Below, in pieces: positions 8,302 to 11,922 of a DNA stretch of 11,922 bases. The notes below the pieces were generated by a model, which searched no databases, was not told where the DNA came from, and worked only from the letters and a program-made list of their open reading frames with translations. Numbering within the stretch: position 1 is the stretch's first letter; each line of letters begins with the position of its first letter. The stretch is taken from positions 1 to 11,922 of the forward strand of contig JBBSJT010000073.1 in assembly GCA_038257035.1 (NCBI GenBank). The letters are read 5' to 3'. Origin of the DNA: Chlamydiia bacterium (lineage in GTDB: Bacteria; Chlamydiota; Chlamydiia; Chlamydiales; Parachlamydiaceae). The position numbers and the translations under genes were made by a program.

Positions 8302-8655
8302 ATGGAACATCAAGAAGATCTAACAAACGAACAGATTAAGAAAAAATTTAAAAGTCAATTTGAGCTTGTTGGCTATGCGATTAAACTTGCAGAAAACATG
8401 ATCCAAACAGGTCGTGGACCAAGAGTAAAATCAGATTCACAAAATGTTGCCATCCATATTTTAGATGAAATTAATTCTGGCCTTGATAAATTTGAAGATA
8501 TTCCAAAAGAAGTTAAGGCTGAATCATCCGATGGTTTAAATGGAAGACCCTACCAACGAGATTCGGCTCAAAGAGATTCCAGCCCAAGAGATTCAGGAAG
8601 AGAAGAGAACAAAAATCCAGAGCGCAAGCGCACTCGTAAAATTTTGATGGATTAA
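8302..8655 (+). CDS. rpoZ: RNA polymerase omega subunit (chlamydial CT031-like) with charged C-terminal tail
   Basis: Directly after gmk, the conserved gmk-rpoZ synteny. LTNE.I.KKF.SQFELV.YAIK.A and VAI.IL.EI..G match the omega pattern. AGAGG Shine-Dalgarno at 8291-8295. Confidence 0.85.
   Translation: MEHQEDLTNEQIKKKFKSQFELVGYAIKLAENMIQTGRGPRVKSDSQNVAIHILDEINSGLDKFEDIPKEVKAESSDGLNGRPYQRDSAQRDSSPRDSGREENKNPERKRTRKILMD
8554..8598 (+). repeat. In-frame 15-bp tandem repeat x3 in the rpoZ tail
   Basis: CAACGAGATTCGGCT / CAAAGAGATTCCAGC / CCAAGAGATTCAGGA, encoding QRDSA-QRDSS-PRDSG. Confidence 0.8.
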
Positions 8656-8664
8656 TCCAAAAAA

Positions 8665-9270
8665 GTGGAAGCGTTCACATCTTATGATGTCGTCTTGTTT
8701 TCGTTGATAATCTTATTTTGTTTTATGTTGCTTTTGGCTGTATTTTTTTTCGGCCTTTGGGTGCAAAAACATCAAGTTTGTTTAAGTCCTTACACGAAAA
8801 AGCCGCTACGTCTTGGATCGACCATTCCCTATCAAACTGCGGAAAAAGTATTAAGGTATCTGTTTTTCATGCGTCAATATGATAATCGCATGTTTGACGT
8901 AAGAAAAGCAGCCTTTTGCCGAGAAACCGGGAGACTTTTTCCAAATGCCGTTTATTACTTCGACACCATGTTTGTAAACTGGTCTTTTTTAGAAAAACGG
9001 TATAAAGGATCCTACGTATCTTGGGGAAGTTTATCTGAAGAACAAAAGAAAATGATTCAAGCTAGCCATTACAGTTTAGATGGTTATCAAACGGAATATT
9101 CATCAAGAAATTCATCTCCACGAATGATTGAGCCAGAATTAGCATACTTAAAACCCGGACCTTTATATGTCGATTTGGAAACAAAAGTGCTTCTTGGTTG
9201 GAAAATAGTTCCTGATACCTCATTGGAAGTCCTCGTCGTCCAAAAACCCATGACCAATGTGATATATTAA
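8665..9270 (+). CDS. Hypothetical protein with a single N-terminal transmembrane anchor (201 aa)
   Basis: GTG start 9 nt after the rpoZ stop. Hydrophobic VVLFSLIILFCFMLLLAVFFFGLWV, followed by a soluble aromatic-rich domain (SPYT, CRETGRLFP, WGSLS, PGPLYVD). Confidence 0.85.
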   Translation: MEAFTSYDVVLFSLIILFCFMLLLAVFFFGLWVQKHQVCLSPYTKKPLRLGSTIPYQTAEKVLRYLFFMRQYDNRMFDVRKAAFCRETGRLFPNAVYYFDTMFVNWSFLEKRYKGSYVSWGSLSEEQKKMIQASHYSLDGYQTEYSSRNSSPRMIEPELAYLKPGPLYVDLETKVLLGWKIVPDTSLEVLVVQKPMTNVIY

Positions 9271-9274
9271 GCAA

Positions 9275-9319
9275 TTTTTAACACCGAGAACACAGAGAAA
9301 AGGCAGAGAAAGAACAGAG
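9275..9319 (+). repeat. T-tract followed by periodic C(A/C)GAG(AA) units
   Basis: TTTTTAACA, then CCGAGAA (9284), CAGAGAA (9293), CAGAGAA (9304), CAGAG (9315); spacing 9/11/11 nt. Confidence 0.65.
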
Positions 9320-9330
9320 GGAAACCGTGG

Positions 9331-9547
9331 CTTTTTTTTACCGCGAAGAGCGAAGAAGCGCAGCTTTGCTGCGGGAAGAAGCGCGAAGAGAGCGCGCTTA
9401 AAAGCGCGAAAAGAAGAAGGAAGAAAGTAGAATAGTTTCTTTACAAGACCTACAACTATCTTTGTTATTTTCGCGCGATAGCGCGTCTCTTCGCGTTTCT
9501 CTTCGCAGCAAAGCTGCGCTTCTTCGCGCTCTTCGCGGTAAAAAAAG
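9331..9547. repeat. Long imperfect inverted repeat, REPIN/MITE-like element
   Basis: Left arm 9331-9412 is the imperfect reverse complement of right arm 9468-9547, with a 55-bp spacer. The arms share C-T(7/8)-ACCGCGAAGAG, CGAAGAAGCGCAGCTTTGCTGCG, CGCGAAGAGA and GCGCGAAAA. Confidence 0.93.
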
Positions 9548-9569
9548 GTAAACAAAACGGTAAAAAAAG
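9536..9569 (+). repeat. 12-bp direct repeat CGGTAAAAAAAG
   Basis: Exact copies at 9536-9547 and 9558-9569, with degenerate echoes near 9579, 9589 and 9611. Confidence 0.7.
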
Positions 9570-9628
9570 CAAAAAAGACGGTATCGTTGTAAAAAAACGC
9601 TGAAAAAACTGTAAAGAAAGAGAGAGAA

Positions 9629-11704
9629 ATGAAAGAGAAAATTTTAATCACATCAGCATTGCCTTACGCAAATGGTCCTCTACATTTTGGTCATATTGCA
9701 GGCGCTTATTTACCGGCAGATTGTTACGCAAGGTTTAATCGCTTATTAAAAAATGACGTGCTCTATATTTGCGGTTCTGATGAACATGGTGTTGCCATCA
9801 CAATGAGTGCTGATTTGGCAGGACGAAGCCCAAAAGATCACGTAGACATTTTTCACGCTATTAATCTCGATTTTTTTAAACAACTGAATATTTCATTTGA
9901 TCATTACTCAAGAACAACTTGGGAAGGCCACAACGAAGCAGTATGTCAATATTTCTTGGATCTTTTGCATAACGGCTTTATTGAAGAGCGTGTTACAGAC
10001 CAGCTTTATTCAGAAACGGATCAAAAATTCTTAGCTGACCGCTATGTTGTTGGAACCTGTCCAAAATGCGAATTTGCAGAAGCAAGGGGAGATGAGTGTC
10101 CTAAATGCGGTGCAAGCTATGAAACAACCGATTTAAAAAACCCACGCTCAAAACTTTCCAACGCTCCTCTTACTTTAAAAGCTACGAAACATTGGTTTTT
10201 ACTTCTCGATAAGTTTAAAGAACGTCTTGACGCATGGCTTGAGACTAAAGATTGGAAGCCAAACGTTGTCAATTTTATAAAAGGGTATGTCAAGGATCTT
10301 CACGCAAGAGCGATCACCCGTGATTCAAATTGGGGAATTCCTATTCCACTACCAGACACAGATGGCAAAGTTCTTTATGTTTGGTTTGATGCCCCGATCG
10401 GTTATATTTCAGCAACAAAAGAGTGGGCTTTACACTCCGGTAACAAAGAAGCCTGGAAAGATTACTGGTGCGATGAGCGCACAAAACTTGTGAATTTTAT
10501 TGGTAAAGATAACATCCCATTTCATGGAGCTATATTTCCTGCTATGACAATGGGGCAAAATCAGCCCTACAAGCTTGTTGATGAACTCCCTGCTAATGAG
10601 TTTTATAATTTAGAGGGGAGACAATTCAGTAAGTCAGATGGATGGTTCATTGATTTACAAGAATTTTTTAAAACTTATACGCCAGATCAGATCCGCTACG
10701 CGATTGCCTCAAATGCACCGGAAACTTCCGATTCAGAATTTACTTGGAAAGATTTCCAATTGCGCTGCAATTCAGACCTTCTTGGGAAATATGGTAACTT
10801 AGTTAATCGAGTTTTAGTTTTTGCAAAAAATAATTGCGATGGAAAAGTGCCCCCCATGAGCGAATTAAAGCCCGTAGATACTGAATTTTTAACTGCGGCA
10901 AAAAAACTTGTTGAAGAAGCAAAACAAAGCTTTAATAAATTTAAAGTGCGACGCGCAAGCCAAATCGTAATGGAACTTGCAGCCCTTGGAAATATTTATT
11001 TTGACCATAAAAAACCATGGACAGAAGCAAAAGTTGAAGAATTACGTCCTTCAATGCAAACAACGATTGCATGTTGTATTGAATGTTTAAAATTATTAGC
11101 TTTAATCTCATTTCCAATTATACCAACTGCTGCAGAGGAAGTTTATAGATTACTTGGATTTCAAACAGAATTAAAAGATGCTGACTGGAAAGCTGTTGTA
11201 AAGAATCAAATAGAACCAAATACAAAGCTTCAAGAGCCTAAAATATTATTTACGAGAATTGAGGAGAGTCAAATGGAATGCGAAATTGCTAAACTTAAAG
11301 CGATGAGCGAAAGCGCAAAAAGCCCTGAAAATAAGCCAGAAGTACCGGTAGAAGTCAAACAAATGGAAATTGCACCGTTAAAAACTTTAATCGAATATGA
11401 TGAGTTTGGAAAATTAGACCTTCGAGTTGCAACCATTCTAGAAGTCGTACCTGTTCCAAAAAGTAAAAAGCTTTTAAAAATCCAAGTTGACTTAGGATTT
11501 GAGACACGTACAATTGTATCAGGCATTTCTCAATTTTATAAACCTGAAGAATTAGTCGGGAAAAAGGTCGTCGTTGTGGCCAATTTAAAACCTGCCACTT
11601 TAATGGGAGTTCAGAGTCAAGGCATGCTTCTTGCAGGGGAGGATGCTTCCGGCTTGGAAATACTTTCCATCCAAAACCTTACCAACGGTTCCACGGTCAG
11701 ATAA
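9629..11704 (+). CDS. metG: Methionine--tRNA ligase with C-terminal tRNA-binding OB-fold domain
   Basis: LITSALPYANGPLHFGH (HIGH-type), ICGSDEHG, Zn knuckle CPKC...CPKC, VLYVWFDAPIGYIS, FIGKDNIPFH, QFSKS (KMSKS-type), and C-terminal LDLRVATILEV...NLKPATLMGVQSQGMLLA domain. 691 aa. Confidence 0.98.
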   Translation: MKEKILITSALPYANGPLHFGHIAGAYLPADCYARFNRLLKNDVLYICGSDEHGVAITMSADLAGRSPKDHVDIFHAINLDFFKQLNISFDHYSRTTWEGHNEAVCQYFLDLLHNGFIEERVTDQLYSETDQKFLADRYVVGTCPKCEFAEARGDECPKCGASYETTDLKNPRSKLSNAPLTLKATKHWFLLLDKFKERLDAWLETKDWKPNVVNFIKGYVKDLHARAITRDSNWGIPIPLPDTDGKVLYVWFDAPIGYISATKEWALHSGNKEAWKDYWCDERTKLVNFIGKDNIPFHGAIFPAMTMGQNQPYKLVDELPANEFYNLEGRQFSKSDGWFIDLQEFFKTYTPDQIRYAIASNAPETSDSEFTWKDFQLRCNSDLLGKYGNLVNRVLVFAKNNCDGKVPPMSELKPVDTEFLTAAKKLVEEAKQSFNKFKVRRASQIVMELAALGNIYFDHKKPWTEAKVEELRPSMQTTIACCIECLKLLALISFPIIPTAAEEVYRLLGFQTELKDADWKAVVKNQIEPNTKLQEPKILFTRIEESQMECEIAKLKAMSESAKSPENKPEVPVEVKQMEIAPLKTLIEYDEFGKLDLRVATILEVVPVPKSKKLLKIQVDLGFETRTIVSGISQFYKPEELVGKKVVVVANLKPATLMGVQSQGMLLAGEDASGLEILSIQNLTNGSTVR

Positions 11705-11723
11705 ATATTTTTTTATCACGCCT

Positions 11724-11754
11724 CTGTAGGTCAAGCTTTAGCTTAATGCTACAG
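11724..11754. other. Imperfect hairpin after metG (GTAG-REP-like or terminator-like)
   Basis: CTGTAG-GTC-AAGC-TTTA-GCTT-AATG-CTACAG: an outer 6-bp and an inner 4-bp perfect stem, with no immediate U-tract. Confidence 0.45.
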
Positions 11755-11779
11755 CCAAAATTATGCAGCTTTTTGGAGT

Positions 11780-11922
11780 GGGGGGGGGGGGGGGGGGGGG
11801 GGGGGGGCGGACGGGGAGGGGGGGGGGGCGCGGCTCGGAACAGAGGAGCATCGCACAGAGACGGCCGGCCCGCGCCCCCACCCCCCCCCCCCCCCCCCCG
11901 ACCCCGCCGGCCCCCCGCGCCC
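11780..11922. other. Probable sequencing/assembly artefact (poly-G/poly-C tail)
   Basis: A 28-nt G run (11780-11807), then near-pure G/C low-complexity sequence up to the window end, in abrupt contrast with the AT-rich remainder. Confidence 0.85.

Noticed and set aside
9331..9547. Intrinsic terminator or CRISPR array
   Set aside because: On both strands the T-tract precedes the stem rather than following it. There are no equal-length direct repeats with unique spacers and no cas genes.
9271..9628. T-box or SAM riboswitch upstream of metG
   Set aside because: No T-box core (GGTGGNACCGCG) or SAM-I signature was found. The structure is a symmetric long inverted repeat rather than a riboswitch fold.
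9220..9651. 143-aa minus-strand ORF
   Set aside because: It overlaps the ends of two plus-strand genes. Its F-rich and E/R-rich composition is simply the translation of the A-tracts and the inverted repeat, so it is most likely spurious.
7200..11526. Other short ORFs (7200-7472, 7494-7775, 8132-8326, 9062-9274, 10287-10493, 11269-11526)
   Set aside because: All lie antisense to, or out of frame within, well-supported genes and show no motifs.
11780..11922. G/C-rich tail as a G-quadruplex, telomere-like or foreign DNA element
   Set aside because: A long pure G run followed by low-complexity G/C at the very end is typical of no-signal base calls in two-colour Illumina chemistry. The internal TCGGAACAGAGGAGCA and AGAGAC loosely resemble degraded adapter sequence. 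Treated as an artefact unless long reads confirm it.

Overview
AT-rich bacterial window, most likely from an environmental member of the Chlamydiae. This is inferred from the gmk - omega/CT031-like - metG order, a HolB lacking the Cys4 zinc module, and the accessory protein types. Layout: holB (+); a ~5.5-kb accessory block of three large genes (an acidic 508-aa protein with an apparent internal domain duplication, a 637-aa protein with an Inc-like bilobed hydrophobic segment, and a divergent 600-aa membrane-anchored DUF4116-type repeat protein); then a housekeeping run yicC - gmk - rpoZ - membrane-anchored hypothetical - metG (+) behind a near-consensus sigma70/sigma66-type promoter. The most unusual non-coding feature is a 217-bp GC-rich element upstream of metG. 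It has two ~80-bp imperfect inverted arms, each carrying two nested mini-hairpins (REPIN/MITE-like), and is flanked by a second periodic purine-rich repeat and by roughly phased A-tracts. The last ~143 bases (poly-G/poly-C) look like a sequencing or assembly artefact at a contig end. No complete novel multi-gene system can be proven from the sequence alone; the best leads are the repeat element and the candidate host-interaction gene block.
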